Below, piece by piece: positions 40,601 through 53,200 of a DNA stretch of 64,000 nt (within the stretch, counting starts at the first letter, position 1; each line of letters starts with the position of its first letter). The DNA lies in contig CM082583.2 in assembly GCA_040954595.2 (NCBI GenBank), positions 1,002,925-1,066,924 of the forward strand. The letters are read 5' to 3'. The translations under genes were made by a program, and so were the position numbers. This DNA comes from Balanoglossus misakiensis. Taxonomy: Eukaryota > Animalia > Hemichordata. Below the pieces are notes generated by a model, which saw only the letters and a program-made list of their open reading frames with translations, did no database searches and was not told the origin of the DNA.

Positions 40601-43600
40601 TACCATTTTGACTAAATTGTGGCTAAAATTGTTATTTTCGTGATGAATGCCGCCAGTGTCACTGCTTTTAAAAGTCATAAAAACTGTTAACATACAAGCA
40701 ATTGTTTATATATGATCAGGTCACCGAATTAAAAAAATAAAGAATGTTTTGCCTAAAAATGACCTTTTTGGTGCAAAAACGAATAAAACGCAATCTTGTA
40801 TTAAAATCAGTTCATTCAAAGTGCATGTTTTATAATAAGCACCATTTTTACATATAATGGAAATTTCATACATCATCAGATATCCAAATATGAAAAAATG
40901 ATTTAGATTTTAGATGATTGTCCAAAATTAGCTGATATCTAATAAATGTAGTATTGAACCGTTCTGTCCCCCCCCCCCTTACATTATATGCGGTACGCCG
41001 ATGTCAGCTTACCCGGCAGTACTGTAGGCCGTGCCCCCAACAAACGTCGGTGTTTGAAACGCCCTGGTTAAATTCGGGCTCTCTCTATAAATCGACAGGC
41101 AATAATGCAGTCCTACCGGAACAAATGTCAAGTGTTGAACCGCTGTGACTTTCCCTGTTCGGTTTGCCCGAATTAGCCAACGTCTTTGTACTAGAGTGTC
41201 GGGTCTTTTGCAGAGCCAGGCCGAAGGAAATCCGACTTGATCACCGTTGCTAACGAACGCTAGTGTCTGTCATGGTGTGCCGGGGTTTTAGTCGAGCCAG
41301 GCCGTAGGAGATCTGACTTGATCATCGTGGTCAATGTACGCGTGTTTCCGCTCTAAAGTGCCGGGGCTTCAGCTAAACCAGGCCGTAGGAAATCCGACGT
41401 AATCACCGTTGATAACTTACGCCAGTCTGTGTCATATAGAGCCGGTGCACCAGCCGAGTCACGCCGAAGGAAATCTGACTTGATCAACGTGGTCAATGTA
41501 CGCCTGTTTCTGCTCTAGAGTGCCGGGGCTTCAGCTGAGCCAGGCCGTAGGAAACCCGACGTGATTACCGTTGTTAACTTACGCCAGTCTGTGTCCTATA
41601 TATAGTGCCGGGGCATCAGCCGTGCCAGGCCGAAGGAAATGTGAGTAGATCAACGTGGTCTCTGTACGCTTGTTTCTGCTCTAGAGTGTCAGGGCTTTAG
41701 CAAAGCCATGCCGTAGGAAATCTGACTTGATCAACGTTGCTAACGAACGCTAGTGTCTGTCATAGTGTGCCGGGGTTTTAGTCGAGCCAAGCCGTAGGAG
41801 ATCAGACTTGATCAACGTGGTCTCTGTACGCGTGTTTCTGCTCTAGAGTGCCGGGGCTTTATCCAACCCATGCCGTTGAAAATCTGACTTGATCACCGTT
41901 GCTAACGTACGCTAGTGTCTGTCATATTGTGACGAGATTTAGCCGAGCCAGGCCGTAGAAAAATCGACTTGTTCAACGTTATCAGTGTGCAACTGTTTCT
42001 GCTCTATAGTGTCAGGGTTGTAGCCGACTTATGCTGTAGGAAATCTGAGTTGATGAACGGGAATTCAATGTTAGAAAACCCGTGTGGAAAGTATCTCTAC
42101 CCGTTTGAAACCAAGAAAAGAATTTATTCTTATTTATTTTGTAAAAAAGACAATTTTTCGAAAACAAGTCGAAAATGGTAATTTTGTCTTGGGTGATTCA
42201 AATTATACCACATTTTCTGGAATTTGCAGCACTTTTTACAAGAGAACGACACTTCATGCTCCATAATATTTCCGAAAATGAAGAAAAGAGTTTTATTTTT
42301 TATGATTTTTTAAAAATGTACCATTTTGTCAAATATGGCCAAAATGGCTATATTTTCTTGAATTCCGTCAATATCTCTGCATTTTTGAAGTGGTCGAAAG
42401 TTTTAACATACAATCAACATGTCATATATGATCAGGGCACCAAATTCGAAGAACGAAGGTTTTTTTATTTTATTTTTCTAAAAATGACATTTTCAAGGAA
42501 AATTTGGTAAAACGCAATTTTGTCTGCAGTGAGCCAAATTAGACGGTCTTTTGTGGAATTTGTATCGATATATATATACGAAGAGCATTCTATACTCCAT
42601 CAGATTTCCGAAAATGTAGAAAACAGGTATTTTTTGTAATTTTCAAAAATTTACCATTTTGACCAAATTGTGGTTAAAATTGTTATTTTCGTGTTGAATG
42701 CCGCCAGTGTCACTGCTTTTAAAAGTCATAAAAACTTTTAACATGCAAGCAATTGCTTATATATGATCAGGTCACCGAATTAAAAAAATAAAGAATGTTT
42801 TGCCTAAAAATGACCTTTTTGGTGCAAACACGAATAAAACGCAATTTTGTATTAAATCAGCTCATTCAGAGTGCATTTTTTATAATCAGCACCATTTTTA
42901 CATATAATGGAAATTTCATACATCATCAGATATCCAAATATGAAAAAAATGATTTAGATTTTAGATGATTGTCCAAAATTAGCTGATATCTAATAAATGT
43001 AGTATTGAACCGTTCTGTCCCCCCCCCCCCCTACATTATATGCGGTACGCCGATGTCAGCTTACCCGGCAGTACTGCAGGCCGTGCCCCCAAATAACGTC
43101 GGTGTTTGAAACGCCCTGGTTAAATTCGGGCTTTCTCTATAAATTGACAGGCAATAATGCAGTCCTACCCGAACAAATGTCGAGTGTTGACCCGCTGTGA
43201 CTTTCCCTCTTCGGTTTGCCCGACTTAGCCAACGTCTTTGTACTAATGTGTCGGGTCTTTTGCAGAGCCAGGCCGAAGGAAATCCGACTTGATCACCGTT
43301 GCTAACGAACGCTAGTGTCTGTCATGGTGTGCCGGGGTTTTAGTCGAGCCAGGCCGTAGGAAATCTGACTTGATCAACGTGGTCAATGTACGCCTGTTTC
43401 TGCTCTAGAGCGCCGGGGCTTCAGCTGAGCCAGGCCGTAGGAAACCCGACGTGATTACCGTTGTTAACTTACGCCAGTCTGTGTCCTATATATAGTGCCG
43501 GGGCATCAGCCGTGCCAGGCCTAAGGAAATGTGAGTAGATCAACGTGGTCTCTGTACGCGTGTTTCTGTTCTAGTGCCGGGGCTTTATCCAAGCCATGCC

Positions 43601-44446
43601 GTAGAAAATCTGACTTGATCACCGTTGCTAACGTACGATAGTGTCTGTCATATTGTGACGGAGATTTAGCCGAGCCAGGCCGTAGAAAAATCGACTTGTT
43701 CAACGTTACCAGTGTGCAACTGTTTCTGCTCTAAAGTCTCAGGGTTTTAGCCGACTTATGCTGTAGGAAATCTGAGTTGATGAACGGGAATTCAATGTTA
43801 GAAAACCCGTGTGGAAAGTATCTCTACCTGTTTGAAACTAAGAAAAGAATTTATTCTTATTTATTTTGTAAAAAAACAATATTTCGAAAAAAAGTCGAAA
43901 ATGGTAATTTTGTCTTGGGTGATTCAAATTATACCGCCTTTTCTGGAATTTGCAGCACTTTTTAGAAGAGAACGACACTTCATGCTCCATAATATTTCCG
44001 AAAATGAAGAAAAGAGTTAATTTTTTATGATTTTTTAAAAATTTACCATTTTTGTCAAAATATGGCCAAAATGGCTATTTTTTCTTGAATTCCGTCAATA
44101 TCCCTGCATTTTTGGAGTGGTCGAAAGTTTTAACATACAATCAACATGTCATATATGATCAGGGCACCAAATTCGAAGATAAAAGGTTTTTTAATTTTTT
44201 TTTTTCTAAAAATGACATTTTCAAGGAAAATTTTGTAAAACGCAATTTTGTCTGCAGTGAGCCAAATTAGACGGTCTTTTGTGGAATTTGTATCGATATA
44301 TACATACGAAGAGCATTCTATACTCCATCAGATTTCCGAAAATGTAGAAAACAGGTATTTTTTGTAATTTTCAAAAATTTACCATTTTGACCAAATTGTG
44401 GCTAAAATTGTTATTTTCGTGTTGAAATCACAACCGGTGATTTGAT

Positions 44447-44816
44447 GAGTTGTCGCATCGGCGTTTCTACAGAGTTGTCGCATCGGCGTTTCTACAGAGT
44501 TGTCGCATCGGCGTTTCTGGAGAGTTGTCGCATCGGCGTTTCAGCTAGAGAGTTGTCGCATCGGCGTTTCTGGAGAGTTTTGTCGCATCCGCGTTTCTGG
44601 AGAGTTTTGTCGCACCGGCATTTCTACACATGCGCATCGGCGTTTCAGCTAGAGTTTTCTCGCATCGGCGTTTCTGGAGAGTTTTGTCGCACCGGCATTC
44701 TACACATGCGCATTGGCGTTTCAGCTAAAGAGTTTTCCCGCATCGGCGTTTCTGGAGAGTTTTGTCGCACCGGCATTCTACACATGCGCATTGGCGTTTC
44801 AGCTAAAGAGTTGTCG
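44447..44816. repeat. Minisatellite, ~25-28-bp unit (gagtt(tt)gtcgcatcggcgtttc), probably the subterminal repeat of the adjacent transposon
   Basis: More than 10 tandem, diverging copies of tcgcatcggcgtttc starting 20 bp after the abrupt end of the macrosatellite. Confidence 0.85.
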
Positions 44817-45115
44817 GCGATTTTGGACAGCGGCTTTTTCTTCTCGGTCTCCTCTTTAGTTAAGGTTTTGTAGTCAAAGAGTAAATCACAAGGCAAAATC
44901 TCGAGATGCTGAACTGCTGCTAGGTCTCCCATGCATTTGTTAGAACACTGAGCTAAAAGTCTTTCAACGTTATAGGCTTAGATATTTTAAATAAATTATT
45001 GTTATTAGCAAATTATAATTTTTACGTTTGTTATCATGTGGTCAACCGATGTTCGTACAGAGCATGCGCATAAGATCAACATGCTACTCCAAGGCAACTG
45101 TTGCTGATGAGAATT

Positions 45116-47076
45116 ATGGCTACTCTAGGTAAGTTTCATTATGAATTTTATGACGTTACTTTACATGTTCTTTCTAAACATTGAAAGAAGGAAAGGCATT
45201 GATCAGATTTGAAGCTTTACTGTGTCTTAAGATTTCAACTATAGCCTGGTATCCATACCTAGTGTGCGAGTCTATCTATAAAACACACTGGGTATGGAGA
45301 CCAGGCTAGCAACTATTATGTTCTCAGTTTATTTCAGTTTCTTGTTCAGCATTTAAACATGATGAAATTCTCAGCTTTTAAAATTCAGCAATAATCAGAT
45401 TAATTTTGTTGAAATTGAATTCCCATTTATTTCCCACTCAGTGTTAGATTGCTACAATGAATTATTATTATGTTGGTGAAGTCTGGCAAATTAACTGTTT
45501 ACTGGCACTTAGCTATGCAAACTAGCATTAGAATGAATTGGGAAATAGCTCAATAACTGGCCAATTCTTATGAAACAACAGCATTTACATGGATATATGA
45601 AACCACTATTTAATGCTTAGATAAAAAACAGAATGGTTCCTTGATGGGGTTGGCTCTTCAAAGCTGTAGAATAGGGGTACATGTACACCTAAAACCTGAA
45701 ACCAAAATACTGCATTTAATGCAAACAGATAGATAATTTCCTTTTATGTTAGATTGCCAATTTTACACAAGTCACTTGTGAATATTATTTTCTTACAGAG
45801 CAAAGGGAACTCATTAAGAAGTATTTCTCGTATGGTTATACACACAAATTAATTTATTATGTAATGGTAAAACAACATGGATTCCGTTTGAGGTAAAGAA
45901 CATTAAAAACATAATAACTTTACTTTTGAGTGGTAAACTTACATTATTTTATTATCTGTTACTTGGAAATTGTGTAATGACCAGTCTCTTCCTTTTATGT
46001 TATCCCTTTAGTGTACAACTCACTCTCACTTTATTTTGACTCTGTAGGTTTTCATACTTCAAGCGCAAATTCCTCCATCACCTTGGACTCTATCGAAAAG
46101 GGAGAAGAGCACAGTCATCTTTTGATGACATTGTTTCTGCTGTGCTTGTATGTTAAGCTCTTTACCCTAACCTACATTTAATTAGTGACACCACTTCCCA
46201 AGTCTGACTTAATTGCACACATTCAGTATAACAAATTAAAATCAAATTCTGAACATCTTGCAGAAGAACTCCATTTTCCTGGTCACCCTTTTGTCATTTG
46301 GGCAGATATGCGAGGGACATTGTTGCTAGGAAATTAATTCATTTATGTCAGTTGTTTGTGTTCTACCACTTGCATGGATTAGAAGCAATTTCAAAAGTAT
46401 CGATTTATGTCACATTTTATTAACTAATTTTTTCAACTGTGAATGTCAGCTATTCTAATATTGAATGTGTTCATTCATTTGTTCACACATCTATCAATCT
46501 ATCCAACCATCCTTTCCTTTATTCATTTACAGACAGAACTGAATACAGGGTCTGGCTGCATTGTTGGAGCCAATGAAATGCTAGCTATCCTGAGAACTAA
46601 GCACCAATTGATGGTTAAAAGGTAAAAAAAAAAATTTTTTGTAATACTGGAATGATAAAAACAATAATGCAAACATAAGTGTTCATTGATATCATCAACA
46701 AGGGTCTTTTATTTGAAATGGCTGATTGATGTAAGGGAAATGCTATTTGAATAAGCTCCCTTGGCAAGAAAATAACAGGTGATGGACTTGTTTCCTAATT
46801 CTCCCTGCTAATCTAAAGTTGAAGTGCAAATGTCAAATCTATTTCACTCATTGAATAAAAACTTTGGCCCAGATTTATTACAAATCTCATTTCAATTAAA
46901 TTGCAGATTATTCTTATTTTATTAAAATATGTAATAAATAGATTTCTTTTTTTGTAGGGAGACTGTACGAAAACTTCTTAGGATCCTGGATCCAATAAAC
47001 GTTCAACGACGCCTGCATCGCCGGTTAATACGGCGTGAGTACAGATGTAAAGGACCAAATTATGTATGGCACATTG
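45116..47076 (+). CDS. IS3EU-like (HTH + integrase-core) DDE transposase, five 5' exons; truncated or continuing outside the window
   Basis: Exons 45116-45128, 45799-45892, 46048-46147, 46533-46621, 46958-47076, all GT-AG with matching phases. Translation MATLEQRELIKKYFSYGYTHKLIYYVMVKQHGFRLRFSYFKRKFLHHLGLYRK...ETVRKLLRILDPINVQRRLHRRLIRREYRCKGPNYVWHI(D). The LDP..V..R..RRL.RR.Y...GPN..WH.D motif is characteristic of this family. No next exon was found. Confidence 0.82.
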
Positions 47077-47096
47077 GTAAGCAAATTAACTGATTG

Positions 47097-47249
47097 TACA
47101 GTCTAAACCGGACCTTCTGAACATGGACACCTGTCTTTACCAAACAAATTTTTCAGTCCCTTTGACACAGAACCACAAGTTAAAATAAACTCTATGAACT
47201 AATTACCTTTGCAAACAAAACAGTTCTTCGGTCCCTTTGTTGTCCACTA

Positions 47250-47251
<2 letters not shown>
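47097..47251 (+). mobile_element. Possible Tc1/mariner-type MITE fragment lacking its right TIR
   Basis: Begins TA-CAGTCTAAACC...ggacacc with internal gtccc/gtccact motifs, resembling invertebrate TcMar MITEs. It stops at the (AT)n tract. Resemblance only. Confidence 0.35.

Positions 47252-47289
<38 letters not shown>
47252..47289. repeat. (AT)19 microsatellite
   Basis: 38 bp of perfect AT repeat read directly. Confidence 0.95.
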
Positions 47290-47291
<2 letters not shown>

Positions 47292-50200
47292 GTCTTGAAA
47301 TTGCAGAAAGTACTCTAATTTGAAACAGGGTTAAAGACCATACAACACACCCAGCAGTGAGGGCGCTTTAGTGCATGTACACAATTAATAATTGATGCAG
47401 GACGGCTTGCCAATTAAATGTCTATTTTACAGAAAATATAAGGTACTTTCTCCATTTCCATTACAGATCTAGAATAGGCAAATTTGCAATTACACTCACT
47501 CGCATGAATGAATGCTGGCATCTGTGGTGGGCGGCGTGGAACTTTACTTGGTGGCGTGCCGGGAAGGAAGGTGCTCTCCTCAGCTCAACTGCCACCAATA
47601 AACTGCCCACAGCAGATGAGTTCATTTCAACAGGTGCCAAGCTCTTTGGCTAGAATAGATAAAATATATTGATGCCGCAATGAATGAATGAAAACAGTAT
47701 GAATGACCAGTCAATGGAGCTCTCCAATGGCACGTAAGATTCTAGAATAGGCTAATTTGCAATTACACTCACTCGCATGAATGAATGCTGGCATCTGTGG
47801 TGGGCGGCGTGGAACTTTACTTGGTGGCGTGCCGGGAAGGAAGGTGCTCTCCTCAGCTCAACTGCCACCAATAAACTGGCCCACAGCAGATGAGTTCATT
47901 TCAACAGGTGCCAAGCTCTTTGGCTAGAATAGATAAAATATATTGATGCCGCAATGAATGAATGAAAACAGTATGAATGACCAGTCAACGGAGCTCTCCA
48001 ATGGCACGTAAGATCTGTCTTGAAATTGCAGAAAGTACTCTAATTTGAAACAGGGTTAAAGACCATACAACACACCCAGCAGTGAGGGCGCTTTAGTGCA
48101 TGTACACAATTAATAATTGATGCAGGACGGCTTGCCAATTAAATGTCTATTTTACAGAAAATATAAGGTACTTTCTCCATTTCCATTACAGATCTAGAAT
48201 AGGCAAATTTGCAATTACACTCACTCGCATGAATGAATGCTGGCATCTGTGGTGGGCGGCGTGGAACTTTACTTGGTGGCGTGCCGGGAAGGAAGGTGCT
48301 CTCCTCAGCTCAACTGCCACCAATAAACTGGCCCACAGCAGATGAGTTCATTTCAACAGGTGCCAAGCTCTTCGGCTAGAATAGATAAAATATATTGATG
48401 CCGCAATGAATGAATGAAAACAGTATGAATGACCAGTCAATGGAGCTCTCCAATGGCACGTAAGATTCTAGAATAGGCAAATTTGCAATTACACTCACTC
48501 GCATGAATGAATGCTGGCATCTGTGGTGGGCGGCGTGGAACTTTACTTGGTGGCGTGCCGGGAAAGAAGGTGCTCTCCTCAGCTCAACTGCCACCAATAA
48601 ACTGGCCCACAGCAGATGAGTTCATTTCAACAGGTGCCAAGCTCTTTGGCTAGAATAGATAAAATATATTGATGCCGCAATGAATGAATGAAAACAGTAT
48701 GAATGACCAGTCAATGGAGCTCTCCAATGGCACGTAAGATCTGTCTTGAAATTGCAGAAAGTACTCTAATTTGAAACAGGGTTAAAGACCATACAACACA
48801 CCCAGCAGTGAGGGCGCTTTAGTGCATGTACACAATTAATAATTGATGCAGGACGGCTTGCCAATTAAATGTCTATTTTACAGAAAATATAAGGTACTTT
48901 CTCCATTTCCATTACAGATCTAGAATAGGCAAATTTGCAATTACACTCACTCGCATGAATGAATGCTGGCATCTGTGGTGGGCGGCGTGGAACTTTACTT
49001 GGTGGCGTGCCGGGAAGGAAGGTGCTCTCCTCAGCTCAACTGCCACCAATAAACTGGCCCACAGCAGATGAGTTCATTTCAACAGGTGCCAAGCTCTTTG
49101 GCTAGAATAGATAAAATATATTGATGCCGCAATGAATGAATGAAAACAGTATGAATGACCAGTCAATGGAGCTCTCCAATGGCACGTAAGATCTGTCTTG
49201 AAATTGCAGAAAGTACTCTAATTTGAAACAGGGTTAAAGACCATACAACACACCCAGCAGTGAGGGCGCTTTAGTGCATGTACACAATTAATAATTGATG
49301 CAGGACGGCTTGCCAATTAAATGTCTATTTTACAGAAAATATAAGGTACTTTCTCCATTTCCATTACAGATCTAGAATAGGCAAATTTGCAATTACACTC
49401 ACTCGCATGAATGAATGCTGGCATCTGTGGTGGGCGGCGTGGAACTTTACTTGGTGGCGTGCCGGGAAGGAAGGTGCTCTCCTCAGCTCAACTGCCACCA
49501 ATAAACTGGCCCACAGCAGATGAGTTCATTTCAACAGGTGCCAAGCTCTTTGGCTAGAATAGATAAAATATATTGATGCCGCAATGAATGAATGAAAACA
49601 GTATGAATGACCAGTCAATGGAGCTCTCCAATGGCACGTAAGATCTGTCTTGAAATTGCAGAAAGTACTCTAATTTGAAACAGGGTTAAAGACCATACAA
49701 CACACCCAGCAGTGAGGGCGCTTTAGTGCATGTACACAATTAATAATTGATGGAGGACGGCTTGCCAATTAAATGTCTATTTTACAGAAAATATAAGGTA
49801 CTTTCTCCATTTCCATTACAGATCTAGAATAGGCAAATTTGCAATTACACTCACTCGCATGAATGAATGCTGGCATCTGTGGTGGGCGGCGTGGAACTTT
49901 ACTTGGTGGCGTGCCGGGAAGGAAGGTGCTCTCCTCAGCTCAACTGCCACCAATAAACTGGCCCACAGCAGATGAGTTCATTTCAACAGGTGCCAAGCTC
50001 TTTGGCTAGAATAGATAAAATATATTGATGCCGCAATGAATGAATGAAAACAGTATGAATGACCAGTCAATGGAGCTCTCCAATGGCACGTAAGATTCTA
50101 GAATAGGCAAATTTGCAATTACACTCACTCGCATGAATGAATGCTGGCATCTGTGGTGGGCGGCGTGGAACTTTACTTGGTGGCGTGCCGGGAAGGAAGG

Positions 50201-53200
50201 TGCTCTCCTCAGCTCAACTGCCACCAATAAACTGGCCCACAGCAGATGAGTTCATTTCAACAGGTGCCAAGCTCTTTGGCTAGAATAGATAAAATATATT
50301 GATGCCGCAATGAATGAATGAAAACAGTATGAATGACCAGTCAACGGAGCTCTCCAATGGCACGTAAGATCTGTCTTGAAATTGCAGAAAGTACTCTAAT
50401 TTGAAACAGGGTTAAAGACCATACAACACACCCAGCAGTGAGGGCGCTTTAGTGCATGTACACAATTAATAATTGATGCAGGACGGCTTGCCAATTAAAT
50501 GTCTATTTTACAGAAAATATAAGGTACTTTCTCCATTTCCATTACAGATCTAGAATAGGCAAATTTGCAATTACACTCACTCGCATGAATGAATGCTGGC
50601 ATCTGTGGTGGGCGGCGTGGAACTTTACTTGGTGGCGTGCCGGGAAGGAAGGTGCTCTCCTCAGCTCAACTGCCACCAATAAACTGGCCCACAGCAGATG
50701 AGTTCATTTCAACAGGTGCCAAGCTCTTCGGCTAGAATAGATAAAATATATTGATGCCGCAATGAATGAATGAAAACAGTATGAATGACCAGTCAATGGA
50801 GCTCTCCAATGGCACGTAAGATCTGTCTTGAAATTGCAGAAAGTACTCTAATTTGAAACAGGGTTAAAGACCATACAACACACCCAGCAGTGAGGGCGCT
50901 TTAGTGCATGTACACAATTAATAATTGATGCAGGACGGCTTGCCAATTAAATGTCTATTTTACAGAAAATATAAGGTACTTTCTCCATTTCCATTACAGA
51001 TCTAGAATAGGCAAATTTGCAATTACACTCACTCGCATGAATGAATGCTGGCATCTGTGGTGGGCGGCGTGGAACTTTACTTGGTGGCGTGCCGGGAAGG
51101 AAGGTGTTCTCCTCAGCTCAACTGCCACCAATAAACTGGCCCACAGCAGATGAGTTCATTTCAACAGGTGCCAAGCTCTTCGGCTAGAATAGATAAAATA
51201 TATTGATGCCGCAATGAATGAATGAAAACAGTATGAATGACCAGTCAATGGAGCTCTCCAATGGCACGTAAGATTCTAGAATAGGCAAATTTGCAATTAC
51301 ACTCACTCGCATGAATGAATGCTGGCATCTGTGGTGGGCGGCGTGGAACTTTACTTGGTGGCGTGCCGGGAAAGTAGGTGCTCTCCTCAGCTCAACTGCC
51401 ACCAATAAACTGGCCCACAGCAGATGAGTTCATTTCAACAGGTGCCAAGCTCTTTGGCTAGAATAGATAAAATATATTGATGCCGCAATGAATGAATGAA
51501 AACAGTATGAATGACCAGTCAATGGAGCTCTCCAATGGCACGTAAGATCTGTCTTGAAATTGCAGAAAGTACTCTAATTTGAAACAGGGTTAAAGACCAT
51601 ACAACACACCCAGCAGTGAGGGCGCTTTAGTGCATGTACACAATTAATAATTGATGCAGGACGGCTTGCCAATTAAATGTCTATTTTACAGAAAATATAA
51701 GGTACTTTCTCCATTTCCATTACAGATCTAGAATAGGCAAATTTGCAATTACACTCACTCGCATGAATGAATGCTGGCATCTGTGGTGGGCGCCGTGGAA
51801 CTTTACTTGGTGGCGTGCCGGGAAGGAAGGTGCTCTCCTCAGCTCAACTGCCACCAATAAACTGGCCCACAGCAGATGAGTTCATTTCAACAGGTGCCAA
51901 GCTCTTTGGCTAGAATAGATAAAATATATTGATGCCGCAATGAATGAATGAAAACAGTATGAATGACCAGTCAATGGAGCTCTCCAATGGCACGTAAGAT
52001 TCTAGAATAGGCAAATTTGCAATTACACTCACTCGCATGAATGAATGCTGGCATCTGTGGTGGGCGGCGTGGAACTTTACTTGGTGGCGTGCCGGGAAGG
52101 AAGGTGCTCTCCTCAGCTCAACTGCCACCAATAAACTGGCCCACAGCAGATGAGTTCATTTCAACAGGTGCCAAGCTCTTTGGCTAGAATAGATAAAATA
52201 TATTGATGCCGCAATGAATGAATGAAAACAGTATGAATGACCAGTCAACGGAGCTCTCCAATGGCACGTAAGATCTGTCTTGAAATTGCAGAAAGTACTC
52301 TAATTTGAAACAGGGTTAAAGACCATACAACACACCCAGCAGTGAGGGCGCTTTAGTGCATGTACACAATTAATAATTGATGCAGGACGGCTTGCCAATT
52401 AAATGTCTATTTTACAGAAAATATAAGGTACTTTCTCCATTTCCATTACAGATCTAGAATAGGCAAATTTGCAATTACACTCACTCGCATGAATGAATGC
52501 TGGCATCTGTGGTGGGCGGCGTGGAACTTTACTTGGTGGCGTGCCGGGAAGGAAGGTGCTCTCCTCAGCTCAACTGCCACCAATAAACTGGCCCACAGCA
52601 GATGAGTTCATTTCAACAGGTGCCAAGCTCTTTGGCTAGAATAGATAAAATATATTGATGCCGCAATGAATGAATGAAAACAGTATGAATGACCAGTCAA
52701 TGGAGCTCTCCAATGGCACGTAAGATTCTAGAATAGGCAAATTTGCAATTACACTCACTCGCATGAATTAATGCTGGCATCTGTGGTGGGCGGCGTGGAA
52801 CTTTACTTGGTGGCGTGCCGGGAAGGAAGGTGCTCTCCTCAGCTCAACTGCCACCAATAAACTGGCCCACAGCAGATGAGTTCATTTAAACAGGTGCCAA
52901 GCTCTTTGGCTAGAATAGATAAAATATATTGATGCCGCAATGAATGAATGAAAACAGTATGAATGACCAGTCAATGGAGCTCTCCAATGGCACGTAAGAT
53001 CTGTCTTGAAATTGCAGAAAGTACTCTAATTTGAAACAGGGTTAAAGACCATACAACACACCCAGCAGTGAGGGCGCTTTAGTGCATGTACACAATTAAT
53101 AATTGATGCAGGACGGCTTGCCAATTAAATGTCTATTTTACAGAAAATATAAGGTACTTTCTCCATTTCCATTACAGATCTAGAATAGGCAAATTTGCAA

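Larger units (their letters stand above)
1..44426. repeat. Macrosatellite, modal unit ~2052 bp, ~19-20 copies in the window, running off the left edge
   Basis: The landmark gaaccgttctgt-poly(C)-tacatt recurs near 582, 3453, 4586, 6793, 8848, 11097, 13151, 15205, 21794, 24011, 26056, 28106, 30160, 32210, 34657, 36703, 38915, 40967 and 43019. Most spacings are 2045-2055 bp once insertions are removed. The ORF track repeats the same short peptides in each unit. Confidence 0.97.

Noticed and set aside
3438-44270. Dozens of 60-160-aa ORFs (MNRSVPPP..., MESISTRLK..., MSKYGQNG...) in the macrosatellite
   Set aside because: They open and close with homopolymer-length changes between units, often use non-ATG starts, and show no recognisable domain.
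44442-44932. 143-aa and 95-aa repetitive ORFs
   Set aside because: By-products of the minisatellite; they overlap on opposite strands and have no domain.
48376-52131. 73-aa ORF repeated in BB junctions, or the A/B array as CRISPR-like
   Set aside because: The ORF has a non-ATG start and exists only across B-B joints; the modules are invariant, with no unique spacers.
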